A stretch of 64,000 nt of DNA, taken from the NCBI GenBank assembly GCA_000004985.1, contig GG738846.1, one strand, 5' to 3'. Shown piece by piece: positions 22,998 through 35,242 of this stretch. Each line of letters starts with the position of its first letter. The first letter of the stretch is position 1. The notes below the pieces were generated by a model. The model ran no database searches. It was not told the DNA's origin and saw nothing but the letters and a program-made list of their open reading frames with translations. This DNA comes from Naegleria gruberi (Eukaryota). The position numbers and the translations under genes are program-made.

Positions 22998-23356
22998 TTT
23001 TTTAATTATTTTTCTTCTTAAAAATTTACTGTAAATAAAAGGAGTGGTGGAGGAATTAAGGAACAATTGAGAGAATATTATGTGGAGAATTAAATTAAAA
23101 ACCATTCGTTTGTATTTATCGAATATCAATATTGTGAATGGAAATATGGATAATCCATATTATTGTTATATTGGTAAGCCATTAGTGATAATTGTAGCAA
23201 GAAGAAATTAGAATGATAATAATTAGTATTATATTTCATCAAAAGTTCTTGCAAAACATAATGGCTGTAATATTGTTAATAGATATCGCAATACTCAACC
23301 CTAGTTGAAATTTTTTAAATGTCAAATAAATAATACTTCACACACTTCAAGAAAAA

Positions 23357-24100
23357 ATGGTAAAACAAGTTTCTTACTTTTGGCAGAAACAAAATAACAA
23401 ATTATCAAACACCAATCCAACAATATTACTGGATGGAAAAGAAATACAAATTAATTATACTTCAATCAAATTTCACTACTTTAACAAAACAGTAACTAAT
23501 TATTTTAGGATTAAATTAGTATTTATTAATTGTAAACCATTTAAACAANNNNNNNNNNNNNNNNNNNNNNNNNNNNNNNNNNNNNNNNNNNNNNNNNNTG
23601 TACACAAATGAAACATTGGATTGTTTATTGTAATTAATTGTGTTAAATAAATTAATAATTTTAGAATTGTTAGATTATAGATTTATTGGAAATTGATAAA
23701 AAGTGCAAAAGGAAAAACAGTGCATCCTAAATCTAGTGATGCATTTAATTTATTAAGAAAAGAAAATGAATTTACAGAGGAAATATTATGAAGGATATGA
23801 AAAATCAAATATTACGTCCTTAGCAAAATTAAATCGTAATACTAAAAAATTTAATCCAATCTCATTTACCATAACTAATTCTATGCATATAATAATCCAT
23901 TTTGGTAATCCAATTTGATATTGTTTAAGTGGTTCACAATTAATTAATAATTTAATCCTAAAATAATACTTTGTTTTGTTAAAGTAAAATTTGATGGAAG
24001 AAAAATTAATTTGTATTTCTGTTCCATCTAGTATCGCTATATTCGTGCTTAATATTTTGTTATTTTGTTTATGAAAAAAGAAGGGACCTTGTTTTGCCAT
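23357..24100. repeat. convergent inverted repeat (arms 23357-23548 and 23786-24100, about 75% identity) flanking N-gap 23549-23598
   Basis: Plus-strand atggtaaaacaagtttcttacttttggcagaaacaaaataacaaattatc... matches the reverse complement of 24100 downward (atggcaaaacaaggtcccttcttttttcataaacaaaataacaaaatatt...). Both copies carry paralogous small ORFs (MVKQVSYFWQKQNNK... / MAKQGPFFFHKQNNK...). Candidate foldback element or assembly palindrome. Confidence 0.6.
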
Positions 24101-24523
24101 TTTTTATATTAATATTCATCATAAACAACGAAGGTGCAATCATTTAACGGAATTGATAATAACTTGATACCTCAATAGAAGACTACGTGGATTTGTTTAA
24201 CATACCCGTACGAGAGTTTTTTTACTATTTTTCAAGAGTGAGATTGATATGAGCAAGTTTTCTCCTCTGTTGTATAGGTAAAAAAGAAAAAGAATGTGTT
24301 TACATAGCCACTAAATTGATTTCTTTTTTACCACTCTCATAAAAAGTAAAACCTTTAATGATACCTACAAGAAGTATTTTATGATGTAGTTAAGAGTTTA
24401 CTATGATGATCAACATGTTTTCTTAAAGATTTCAAACCGTCATTATTGGCGCCAAAAAAACTACAATTTCCACTTGGCGCCTCTGCTTAACGTTGAAATT
24501 TAAAAACCAAACCTCAAAAAAAA

Positions 24524-24997
24524 ATGAACTCAAACACTATACAGAAGGACATTGCAGAGGTGATTTCCAATCTTCAAAATCATTGGAATATTCTGGAGGA
24601 AGAATTGATTGAAATTAATAAGGACATTCAATACATGACTCACTGCTTGAAAAAGTATGGAGAAAGCTTTCGGATCCCACTCGAATATTTACAAGACTTG
24701 AAAGTGTATAAAAAGAATGCCATGAGGGATATAATATCAACAATGGAGACCTTTACAACCAATCTGAATGGTGGCAGAGTGTTGGCCAATAATCTATCTC
24801 ATCACATTGCCTCATCAGATTTTGTTCAACAGGGAAGAAGTAGTTGGAATCCATCTACAATAACACCTCAGGCACAACTCGTAGGAATGCTCTCAAGAGG
24901 AGAGGTTGTGACACTGACCACCAAGAAGAAGGCAAACTCTCCTGTTCACTATAAACTCATCACCAAAAAGCCAAATCAATCCACTCCCTCCCTGTAA
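24524..24997 (+). CDS. hypothetical coiled-coil protein (157 aa)
   Basis: ATG at 24524 preceded by an A-run, complete ORF. No family recognised. Confidence 0.4.
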   Translation: MNSNTIQKDIAEVISNLQNHWNILEEELIEINKDIQYMTHCLKKYGESFRIPLEYLQDLKVYKKNAMRDIISTMETFTTNLNGGRVLANNLSHHIASSDFVQQGRSSWNPSTITPQAQLVGMLSRGEVVTLTTKKKANSPVHYKLITKKPNQSTPSL

Positions 24998-25135
24998 ATA
25001 AACATCTACCGATATTGTACATTCATTGAGTGCTTTGTTCATTAAGATTAAGACTTGTTATCTATTTTATTAATTATTAAATAATTCCGAAAATATGATG
25101 AAAAGGAGATAGAAAGAAGAATTATTAAAAAAATA

Positions 25136-28100
25136 ATGCCATCATCAAATAGCCAAGCAAATGATGCCTTCTCGGAGAAGGAGTTTCAAGTTTTTTTAAC
25201 TTCAACAAGGGATTGTTATGTGCAATTACCTCACGAATACGTTCTCTCCAATGCAGTATTGAATGAAAGCAAGGGGAAAATTCAAGTATTTAAAATTATA
25301 AATCATGATGATGATGATTATTTGTGTTGGAGTTGGCATACTCATCAGCAAGCTCCGAACAAGATTGGAATACCATCAACATTGGCTAAATGTTTGGAAA
25401 TTAATGAAAATGATAATATTACTATTAAATTATTGAAGGACGTGAAAATGTGTAAGAGTGTTTTTGTTAGACCTGAAACAATAGATGATTCGGAAATTTT
25501 GGAATTCAATCAAAATAGTATTGAAGAGGAGTTACTTTCACAAGTTAGAATTGCATACAGGGATATGAAATTCCCACTTTTTATCAATAATAATATTAGT
25601 ATTACATTAAATACATATCAATGTGGCAACGATGATAAGGATACCAATGTGTATATAATTGATAGTGGAACTGAATTAATTGTTGAAACTAAACATGAAA
25701 TTATTGATGAAGTTAAACAAGAAAAGAAAAAGTATTACATTAAATCGAAATTAGAAAAATTATCCACAATTGCAAATAGATTGGATTTGAAATATACTCA
25801 CGAGCAAATAGATGATGATAAATTTATTTATGTTTCCAAAGATATTGCCACTAAAATTGGACTTGTTAGTGGTGATTTAGTTCAAGTATTACATTTGAAT
25901 ATCATTAGAAAGAATATTATCAAGGATGAAACTGAACAAGCTGAAGAACAAAAGAATCCTCTTGATGCTTTGAAAGAATTTGAAGAAAAGAAGGAAAGAG
26001 TATGTTTTAATTAATAATTTCTCAATAATTTGATTTCTCTATCAATAATTTCAAAATCGATCAATTCAACTTTTAATAGAGAATAATATATGGAAGAGTA
26101 CACGTATTGAATGAGAAAGCAACAAGTGGATTGTGTAGCATGCCAACCATTTTTGTTGGAAAGCACTTGATATGGATGCTTGGAGCTGTTGAGCATTCTA
26201 CAGTTTATTTAAAGTACATAGAAGAGCCATTATATCCTAACTTTGTTCACAGTATTTATGTGAGACCAATATTGGATATGTTACCAAAGGACATTGAAGT
26301 ATCGATGGATAATTATCAAGAATTAACCAAGATATTTAGAGAGTGGATTTTGGAACGCAAGACCAATTCTCTCTTAACTGTTCCATCTATTGCTATGGCT
26401 CAGAGAAATGTAATTTACTTGAAAGGTTTTGGAAATGTGCTCGTCAGTATTAATGAATCAATTATTATTTCCTCAAAGAAGGAAGATGAGGATGAATACC
26501 AAACCTTTAGCGAATTTTTGAATAAGTCATCCGTTGAGAATTTATATCTACTCTTTGGAAGTGAAGCCTCCTATAATATTTCAATTGTGGAAGATCCTAT
26601 TGCTGTGGAACATAGACATGCTGTTTATTCTCAAGTACCTGATTTGTGTGAAATTACTGAAATATCAGAACAAGTTCAATTAATTTTAAACAGATTACAA
26701 GTTCAATACTCTCCAGAGGCTGTACCTTTCAAGAAGGAATTCAAATATTCAACTCACTCCAACTCGAACATTATCATTTCAGGCAATGTTGGTAATGGTA
26801 AAACTTACTATGCAAAGGCCCTGGCTAGACACTGTAATGTTTACACTATCTTTGTTTCATGTGCATCATTGGCTGGAGATAGAGCTGATACTCTCGGTTT
26901 GAAATTCAAGAGCTATGCACAAGAGGCCATCATGAATGCCCCCTCTCTCATCATTTTTGATGACATTGATTCAATTTGTCCTTTTGAGCAAGAAGAAGCC
27001 ATGCCAGATATTAATGTTAGAGTTGCTGCTTCAACATTTACTGAATTGTTGAGCACTCTATCTTTTTTCAGTACTAGTTATGAAAGAAATGTCAATGTTA
27101 TTGTCACATGTAAATCTCTGGATGAAACGTACGATTCTATTCAAAATTCAAAACTTTTCGAGCAAAACTTTTTAATCAGTGTACCAAACAGAGAGCAACG
27201 AAGAAAGATCTTCCAAAGATTCCTCACTAATAGACCAGACTTTTTCTCAGAAGCAGATGAAGACGTCTTTGATTTTTCACAATATAGTATGACAGAAGAA
27301 ACTTTGGATTACATTGTTGATAGGACTGAAAATTACTCTCCTCTCGATGTGAGAAATATGTTGGACAAGATGGTCAATGTCAAGTTACAAACTCTAGTGG
27401 AAGAAGGAAAGTATGAATCATTAGGTATTGACACTATTTTGACCATTCAAGAATTTACAAAGGCATCCAAAGACTTTATAACTCAATCCACAGAGGGAAT
27501 CAAGTTGATAAAGAGTACAACTTCCTTCTCAGATATTGGAGGTCTTCAAGATGTTAAAAACATTCTGAGAGAAACCTTCATTTTCCCAACCAAATATGCC
27601 TCACTCTTTGAGAATGCTCCAATCAAGTTACGTTCTGGCCTTCTCCTTTATGGACCACCTGGAAGTGGTAAGACTTTTATTGCAAGTGCCATTGCTAAGG
27701 AATGTGGATTGAATTTCATTTCCATTAAGGGACCAGAACTTTTGAACAAGTATGTTGGTGCGAGTGAACAAGCTGTCAGAGATGTTTTCATGCAAGCTGA
27801 ATCTGCAAAGCCGTGTATTATTTTCTTTGATGAATTTGATTCAATTGCTGCTCAAAGAGGTCACGACAATACTGGTGTTACAGATAGAGTTGTCAATCAA
27901 TTTTTATGTCAATTGGATGGTGTCGAATCTAGAAAGGGAGTTTATGTTTTGGCTGCCACATCTAGACCTGACTTGATTGATGCTGCCTTGTTGAGACCAG
28001 GTAGATTGGACAAGTCAGTTTGTTGTAATATTCCAACAGAGGAGGAAAGGCAAGATATTATGGAAGTCATTTGTTCCAAGCAATCCAATGTTCAAATAGG

Positions 28101-28596
28101 ATCAGATGTAGATTTTAAAAAACTTGCTTCCATAACTCATAATTTCACAGGTGCCGACTTGCAAGCTCTCTTCTTTTCAGCAACTTTATCAGCATACAGA
28201 GATACCTCTCAAACAAAGGAAAAGAGACAGGATAATCTCTTAGATGAAGATACAAACTTTTTCACAGTACTTAGTACTGATAAGGCAGAGGCAAAGAAGG
28301 GCAAGTCAACTGTTTCAAATCAAACTGTTGTGAGCGATGAATTGGCTCAACAAATGAAACAAATTCAAGCCAGTCTAACAAAGGTCAAGAAGGCAAAAGA
28401 CCACACTCCAGAATCCAATGAACCTGTCTATGTGAAAGAGAGTCACTTTATACAAGCCCTCTCAACCAGCAGACCATCACTTTCACAGGAAGAAATTGAC
28501 AAGTATGATTATATTTATTCGTGTTTCAGAGGCCAATCTTCTGAAGATTACATTGAAAAGTTAATAGCTCAAAAAAAGAAAGTAACCCTAGCATAA
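25136..28596 (+). CDS. pex1: peroxisome biogenesis factor 1 (PEX1) AAA-ATPase, two exons: 25136-25999 and 26080-28596
   Basis: The D2 AAA domain matches human PEX1 almost residue for residue: LLYGPPGSGKTFIASAIAKECGLNFISIKGPELLNKYVGASEQAVRDVFMQAESAKPCIIFFDEFDSIAAQRGHDNTGVTDRVVNQFLCQLDGVESRKGVYVLAATSRPDLIDAALLRPGRLDKSV. D1 has a degenerate Walker A (GNVGNGKT). The N-domain resembles the Cdc48/PEX1 double-psi barrel. An 80-nt GTATGT...TAATAG intron (26000-26079) joins the two track ORFs in phase 0. Confidence 0.9.
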
Positions 28597-29304
28597 TTAC
28601 GAAGATACTGAAACAGTAAAAACCAAATTTCCAAGATAATGCACAATATTTCTACTTTCAATCTTTAAATTTTCATCTCCCTTTCCTGACACTAGAATTA
28701 CTTGACCATTTTTCATTCCTGGTTCAATGGTAACTCTAACAACCTCGCCAATAGTATGAAATCTTGTCCCATTACAGTTAGGGCAACTATCCTCGCAATT
28801 ATTTTCACATTCCTTACAAATAACCTTCCTATTAATCATGAACTTTTTCTTCTTTCCAGTTTTCAAATCAGACTCTTTAACGGAAATTGTATGTTGAATA
28901 TCCAAACAGGAATCAAATTTAATAATAGGTCTATAGGTAATATTATCATTAATGAATTTAGAATCGTATAATTTTCTTTTCACAGGATCCATTAATACTT
29001 TGTAAGCTTCATTAATTGTTCTAAATCTCACCTCACCATTCGGATTTAAATCAGGGTGATACTGTTTAGATAAGCTTTTATATGCACTTTTAATTTCCTT
29101 ATCACTCGAATGTTTTGAAACTCCTAGAATTGTATATAAATTAATATCAGTCTTTTTTTCCACTTTACTCGATCCATTAAATAAATTAAATATACTACTC
29201 GATGATGTTGTCGAATGATTACTATTTTTTGTATTGGAAGTATTCAAGTGTGGTGATATCAATCTTTTCGATGTCACATAGGATGAAAATGCTCTCGAAT
29301 TCAT
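28597..29304 (-). CDS. DnaJ (J-domain) protein with CxxC zinc-finger-like segment
   Basis: ATG at 29304. J domain YTILGVSKHSSDKEIKSAYKSLSKQYHPDLNPNG (HPD motif). CKECENNCEDSCPNCNGTRF is Cys-rich. The S/T/N-rich N-terminus may be a targeting sequence. Its stop abuts the pex1 stop (convergent, zero spacer). Confidence 0.8.
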   Translation of the reverse strand: MNSRAFSSYVTSKRLISPHLNTSNTKNSNHSTTSSSSIFNLFNGSSKVEKKTDINLYTILGVSKHSSDKEIKSAYKSLSKQYHPDLNPNGEVRFRTINEAYKVLMDPVKRKLYDSKFINDNITYRPIIKFDSCLDIQHTISVKESDLKTGKKKKFMINRKVICKECENNCEDSCPNCNGTRFHTIGEVVRVTIEPGMKNGQVILVSGKGDENLKIESRNIVHYLGNLVFTVSVSS

Positions 29305-30045
29305 TTTTATCTATACTTGAAACAATCTTTGAACAATATATTATACTAGATGATAGAATATGATGTCTCCAATGGAACTATATATTAAACAATCACCCAC
29401 TAATTGGATAATGCAGGTCGGCAACTGGTAAGAGAGAGAAGGAAAGAGAGTGGAGACAATTTTTTTCGCCATCAAATTTTCGGGCTATTCATTCAATAAT
29501 ACTTTGAATGATTTTGATTGAATGGAGTTTTTGATACAAAAATGGACTTTACGGTAAATTTTTTAATTTTGGTAAAATTGGGTGTAATGATAACACGATT
29601 CTTTTTGTAATGAATCAAGATTCAACATCCATGAATTGGTTTTATTAGCAATTCTTAAACGCCTGTAATTTTGGACATTAAATGATGAATTTATTATTAC
29701 CTTTAATGTTGTGTTCATGCAAAATTCTGTAATTTATACAAAATGATATTAAGGAATTAATTTAATCATTGAATAACAATACTCCAAAATCGAGGATGTA
29801 CATGTGATACGTTGGTATAGGGTTGGGTTTTCTATTTTCTCCCAACTTGTCATTGAGTTATTATTCGAACCGTAGATTGAATCATCATCTCCATCAAGGA
29901 GCGTGTTAAACCTGTCGTTGAACATTTTTACAAAAAAATTCCCGCCAATTCTGACAGTTATAAATTCAAAAAATAAACAATCTTTGGAAGACTAATCACA
30001 ACAATAAAAAAATCACTCTATTGTTCAACAAATACTACTATCAAA

Positions 30046-30519
30046 ATGTCTGAAGATATTAGCAAGGAATTCAACTATAGCGACAAGTACTATGATGACC
30101 AAAATGAATATCGTCATGTTACCTTGCCAAGAGAATTTGGTAATCGTGTTTTTAAACATTTCGATGGAAAATTGCTAGCCGAAGAAGAATGGAGAGGAAT
30201 TGGTATTGAAATGTCGAGAGGTTGGGTTCACGTAAGTATTCTCTTGTTACATGATAATAATTAGTCTTATTATTATTATTTAAAAACAACAACAATTACT
30301 TGCTGATGATGGTATGGTGATTTCTTATTATGATCATGATATTATTATTCAATTGAATAATAACAATGTGTGCTTCTAAAACGTATTTAGTACGGATACT
30401 CACCATCTGAACATCATATTCTCCTCTTCTATAGAAAGTTCTCTGGTAATGGTGTTACTCCAAGAGTCAAACAAGAACAACAATATCAAAAGATTATCGA
30501 GGAAAGAGAGACTTTATAA
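30046..30519 (+). CDS. cks1: cyclin-dependent kinase regulatory subunit CKS1, two exons: 30046-30231 and 30391-30519
   Basis: YSDKYYDDQNEYRHVTLPRE...EEEWRGIGIEMSRGWVH matches the CKS signature (YSDKYYDDEYEYRHV...SEWRxLGVQQSxGWVHY). A GTAAGT donor at 30232 and a TATTTAG acceptor at 30390 define a 159-nt intron. Exon 2 begins YGYSPSEHHILLFYRK (~ YMIHEPEPHILLFRR). Confidence 0.85.
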
Positions 30520-30857
30520 GCGAGTTTATGAATCTCTTCAATTAATTTATTTAGAGAGTATGAAGTTTTAATCTTCAAGCATGGCAATTTATTGTATATC
30601 CCATCCAACATCCAACTCTCTAACTCTGTGTGCTGCTATCCAAAGAAGTTTATACTATTAATCATACTCTCAACAAAACCTAAGTCAAGATGTATTACAA
30701 ATTTCTATTTGATGATGATTCTCATTACTATGAACATGTTAATTCTATGATCAATTGATACAAGTCATCATCCAATAAATTTGTTTTCCAAATTTCCATC
30801 AACAATGATATTCGCAAGGAAACATCATGTTTCTATTATTACAACAATCATTAAAAA

Positions 30858-32369
30858 ATGTATCATACAACAACGAGTCTGAGGAAATTTATTGCCTCTA
30901 CCTCCAATGTTGCATCGCCAGGAAATCAATTAGGTGATTTATTGATCAATACAATTTGTAGTAGTAATAATAATAGGAGAGGATATCATGCAATGGTATC
31001 CGTTCTAATGAATCAATTCAATCAACAACACAATCATCACCATCAACAACATTATCAATACAAGTACCATAATGGCCATCATCAACAGTACTATCAACAA
31101 CAACAACAACCAACACCAACATCATCATCAGAGGAGAATGTTGTTGATCATCTCGTTTCTGATCTCAGGAGGGAAAGAAGGAGGAATAAGAGAAACAAAT
31201 TTGCAATCCTCTTGCTATTCATCAGTCTTGGATTGTTGTCGTATGAATATTGGCAATTGAGACAAGCCTATGATCAACGACATGGTTTTGAGGATTTAAA
31301 CAAATTATTCAGGAATGAACCATCTAGATTGGAGGCTTACTTGCCACCATGGATTCAAGAGAATTTAAAGAAGGCAAGTGACAAGGTTGATGTAGAATCG
31401 GAGGAAGTTAAAAAGTGGGTCAATATTGCAAAGAATTTGAAAAATCAAAAGGAATACGAAGATGCTATTAGAATCTTGGAGAATATCTTGTGGAAATATC
31501 CATCAAATTTTCAGGCAAGAGAATTGTACGGACTAATCTTCCTTGATAGAGCAGCTTTTCGTCCTGCTTTGAGACAATTTGAATTGGCAGCAACCTATGC
31601 CACCTCTTCAAACTCAGAGGCATCATGCTACAATAATATTGGTGTCTGCTTCTCAAGACTGAAGCTTGATAAGGAGGCTGTTGAGGCCTATGATAAGGCT
31701 CTCAATATTGCCCAATTTGATGCCAAGAATAGAGGATTATTCTATTTTAACAGAGCCATTTCTCACAACGCATTGGGAAATTTTCAATTGGCCATTCATG
31801 ATTACACTAGATCGATTCAATTTGATGAGCATGACCAATCATTCCTCTCCAAAAAATACAAATTCAGATCTGTTTGTTACAATACTCTCAAACAATACCA
31901 AAAAGCACTCGATGATTTGAATCTTTCCATTCAACACTACCAAGAAGATAAAACCAGTGCTAACAATCCCAGTATTGGAGCAGAGCTCTATTTTTTCAGA
32001 GCTAAAGCTGAAAGAAAGTTGAAGAATTATGAAGCAAGTATCCAAAGCATTGACAAATCAATTGATTTGAAAAAGAATGATGCCAACTATTTCCATACTC
32101 GTGCTGTTGCTTGGAGAAAGATGGGTCAATACCAGAAAGCAGAAGCAGACCACAATATGGCAATTCAACTCAAACCTAACAATACCAAATTCAAATCAAG
32201 TTTGGAAAAGACTAAAAAGTTAGCTCGTACTCAACCTCCTCAAACGCAACCAGCTCAAAAAGAGGAAACCACACCTGGTACAAGTGCACCTCCCTCAACA
32301 ACAGACAACTTGACAAACCAACAACCACAAACCCCAACTCCAAATCCAACAGAGAATAAAGCTGATTAA
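30858..32369 (+). CDS. TPR-repeat protein with N-terminal membrane anchor
   Basis: ATG at 30858. His/Gln-rich N-terminus, one hydrophobic helix (FAILLLFISLGLLSYEYW), then about 8 TPR-like repeats (AIRILENILWKYPSNFQARELYGLIFLD..., YFHTRAVAWRKMGQYQKAEADHNMAIQLKPNN). Pro/Thr/Gln-rich C-terminal tail. Confidence 0.7.
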   Translation: MYHTTTSLRKFIASTSNVASPGNQLGDLLINTICSSNNNRRGYHAMVSVLMNQFNQQHNHHHQQHYQYKYHNGHHQQYYQQQQQPTPTSSSEENVVDHLVSDLRRERRRNKRNKFAILLLFISLGLLSYEYWQLRQAYDQRHGFEDLNKLFRNEPSRLEAYLPPWIQENLKKASDKVDVESEEVKKWVNIAKNLKNQKEYEDAIRILENILWKYPSNFQARELYGLIFLDRAAFRPALRQFELAATYATSSNSEASCYNNIGVCFSRLKLDKEAVEAYDKALNIAQFDAKNRGLFYFNRAISHNALGNFQLAIHDYTRSIQFDEHDQSFLSKKYKFRSVCYNTLKQYQKALDDLNLSIQHYQEDKTSANNPSIGAELYFFRAKAERKLKNYEASIQSIDKSIDLKKNDANYFHTRAVAWRKMGQYQKAEADHNMAIQLKPNNTKFKSSLEKTKKLARTQPPQTQPAQKEETTPGTSAPPSTTDNLTNQQPQTPTPNPTENKAD

Positions 32370-32505
32370 TCATCAGTTCACTGATTTTTCGCATGCACTA
32401 CATCTTGTGATAGGCATCTCTTAAATTTAGGAGGTCGGCAACCATAAAGTAACCTGTCTTCCATCTATGGAAAGTATGAAATTAATTTGAAAAAATCAGC
32501 GCCGT

Positions 32506-34143
32506 ATGCCATTAACATATCAAAGAAAAATGTCAAACAGCACCACCTCAACTCACCCAAATGCCACTCCCATGCAATTAACTGCCGACCACATTGAATC
32601 TTCTAATGACAACTCACCAACTCTGATAGAATTAAAAGAAGTTAACAACAAGGAAGAAGAAGAACAAACTCAACAACAAGAAACAAACTTTGAGGATGAC
32701 AATGATGTCTGTAGTGATTCAGATAGTGTCTATGTTCAGGTTGCTACCAGAAAAACTCAACGTCTTACCCTCACTTCTATCAAACCACAAATTGACAAGT
32801 TTCGAATAGATAGAGCTCAAAATTCATCACCAATTGCTTCCGGAAATGTTGCTGGAAACAATCTAACTACTGTAAAGAAACCAACAACCGAATCAATCTT
32901 CACCAAAACAACTGCAAAAACAGGGAAATCTGGCAAGTCCTCTCTCTCTTCTGTCACCTTTCGAATTCCAACATGTTGTGGTATGATTGAATTGAATCTA
33001 GTGAGAGTCTTATCTCTATTGGGAATGTTATTGAATATTGGTGCATTCATTGCCATTGCAGTGATTGTTGGAAATGCTTTCAAATTGGATGCCAAGAAAG
33101 AAACTAATCTCCTCTTGCTCAGAACGGAATTCTTGACCAATTACTATAAAATAGATTGCATTGTCAAGACGGCATGTGTAACTGGTGATATCCAACTCGT
33201 TGCTGAATATAACATGCTGCAACCCAATGCTAGTCAGCAATTACTGGAATTGAAGAAGAATCTTCCGGCCGAATCTTTGAAAAATCTCAAATTGGATTTT
33301 GCCTCACCTCAATACGTTGGTCTGAACAATCTCATTATGGGTTATATTGCACAAGGAGATTTGGATTCTGCCAACTCTGTTCGAAAAAGTTTATCCTATC
33401 TCATTATGGATGGCTATACTAATATCCTTTTAAATATAGTTCGTACGGAAATTGATAAATTAAGTGAAGAGAAACAGGATTATTTGAGATTATTTGGAGC
33501 TGTCAATATGAGTATGGTTTTATTTGGTGTGGCTATTAGTGTGCCAATTGTCTTGTTGATTTTCGCCATTGCATTGTCGACAGATGTGGCCAGTAAGAGA
33601 AAGCTCAATAAGGCAACAGGTATCATGATTATGGAAGCAATTGCAAGTGAAAAGTACAATCCAATATTTAAAACATTTTGTGAGAAGGAATCATGTTTGG
33701 ATTATTTTACATTATTGGATAATTGTCATGATTATCATGAATTATGTGATAGAGCTCATGATTTGAGATATTCTAATCATACATATGGCAATGATCATTC
33801 AGAATTGAATTCTGCCTCATCAATTTCTGAAGACAAAATCCACAAGGAACAATTCGAAACCATTGAACGAAACAAGTATGAGGTGGCATTTAAGATATTT
33901 TCCGAATTCATTGATCCAAATGGTGAAACTCCAATCAAAACAAGTAAGATACTCCAAGACCGAGTAAAGAATGTATTGGATGAATTTAATGTTGGCAGCG
34001 TATTGGACGATGATTTGTTTGATGAATTGGAAAAGCAAGTGTGTGAAATGATTAGTGAGCACTTTATTAAATTTAAACAACAAATCAAACAAAAAAGAAG
34101 ACAAATTAATTCAAAAAACAAGATTGAAAAGGTCAATAAATAA
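32506..34143 (+). CDS. membrane protein with C-terminal RGS-like domain
   Basis: ATG at 32506. Acidic N-terminus, two or more TM helices, then a C-terminal region resembling an RGS fold (FETIERNKYEVAFKIFSEFIDPNGETPIKTSKILQDRVKNVL...ISEHFIKF). The domain assignment rests on pattern memory only. Confidence 0.45.
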   Translation: MPLTYQRKMSNSTTSTHPNATPMQLTADHIESSNDNSPTLIELKEVNNKEEEEQTQQQETNFEDDNDVCSDSDSVYVQVATRKTQRLTLTSIKPQIDKFRIDRAQNSSPIASGNVAGNNLTTVKKPTTESIFTKTTAKTGKSGKSSLSSVTFRIPTCCGMIELNLVRVLSLLGMLLNIGAFIAIAVIVGNAFKLDAKKETNLLLLRTEFLTNYYKIDCIVKTACVTGDIQLVAEYNMLQPNASQQLLELKKNLPAESLKNLKLDFASPQYVGLNNLIMGYIAQGDLDSANSVRKSLSYLIMDGYTNILLNIVRTEIDKLSEEKQDYLRLFGAVNMSMVLFGVAISVPIVLLIFAIALSTDVASKRKLNKATGIMIMEAIASEKYNPIFKTFCEKESCLDYFTLLDNCHDYHELCDRAHDLRYSNHTYGNDHSELNSASSISEDKIHKEQFETIERNKYEVAFKIFSEFIDPNGETPIKTSKILQDRVKNVLDEFNVGSVLDDDLFDELEKQVCEMISEHFIKFKQQIKQKRRQINSKNKIEKVNK

Positions 34144-34787
34144 ATAAAATTTAATATTACTTTGTGATTAACTTGAAATGTTATTAACGAACAATCAAAA
34201 AAGTCCAAGAAAACAAAGTCAAAAGTTACCGTAGGTACAATTTTAACAACCAATCCACTATTTTACACTCCTCCACAAAACGTACTAAATAATAACAAAA
34301 AATAATGATTGAGAATATCATAACCTTTGTATAATATAAACTCTAACACTTTTAATAATTGCAAATTTTTTTGAAATTTGCTTGTTGCTACTTGTTTTAT
34401 TGTTAAAAGCTTAACGCTTACTGCGATCTAATATTGGTTTGTTAGAGGTTATCTTTTTCCACTCCTTTGAGAATTTGGATAATAGAAGGTTGTAATGATA
34501 AAGAAGAATTTAATAATTTAATAGACCAACATGGAATTGTTTTACAAAGCATAACAATATTAAGTTTAGTTCAATACAAAATCTAATTCTAATAACTTCG
34601 TTTGAAAAAAAAGGGTAAATACTACAATGTTAACGATTTACTTAACATAGGTTCTGTTGTTGCTATTGAGTTGTTAATTAAAATTAATAATTAATGTTAT
34701 TGTTGTTTCGAATTTAACTAACAAACCTTGAATCCAAACTTTTGAATATTGGTATTCGTTTTTCCAATAAGAAAGCTATTATTATTA

Positions 34788-35009
34788 TCAGAGATAATTG
34801 ATTGTTGCTTTTAAATTTTGGTGGTTTTGTAGTGCTGATAAATTTGTTTGTTGTAAAAGGCTATTTTTATAAGAAAATCCTTTCCATGACTTTGAAATAG
34901 TGGTTTCTTTTTTAAATTGTTTAACCAAGGACTTTGCTAATTCGTTATTTGTGGTAAAATCAAAAATTTGGTCTTCTTGATGATGTAATATATGAAAATA
35001 AATTGACAT
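34788..35009 (-). CDS. small-ORF family member, type 1 (MSIYFHILHHQEDQIFDF...QFKKETTISKSWKGFSYKN)
   Basis: ATG at 35009 directly after an A-run. Conserved with 35847-36146 and, at the protein level only, with type 2 copies. No known homolog. Confidence 0.35.
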   Translation of the reverse strand: MSIYFHILHHQEDQIFDFTTNNELAKSLVKQFKKETTISKSWKGFSYKNSLLQQTNLSALQNHQNLKATINYL

Positions 35010-35242
35010 ATTTTTTTAAATAAACTATTTTATCATTACCCAATCATGAAAGGCTAATGGGGAGAGATTATATTTTGGTGTGGATGAATTATAATCCAAT
35101 GGCCAAACAATGAATGATTTTATTGATTATTTGTTTGAAAGAGATAGTGAACTAATATTTAGAAATTGCAAGAGAGGTCACAAAATTCAAAAGACCTTAA
35201 TGAAATAATAATGAAGAATTTTCTTTTCCAAAAAGAAATAAT

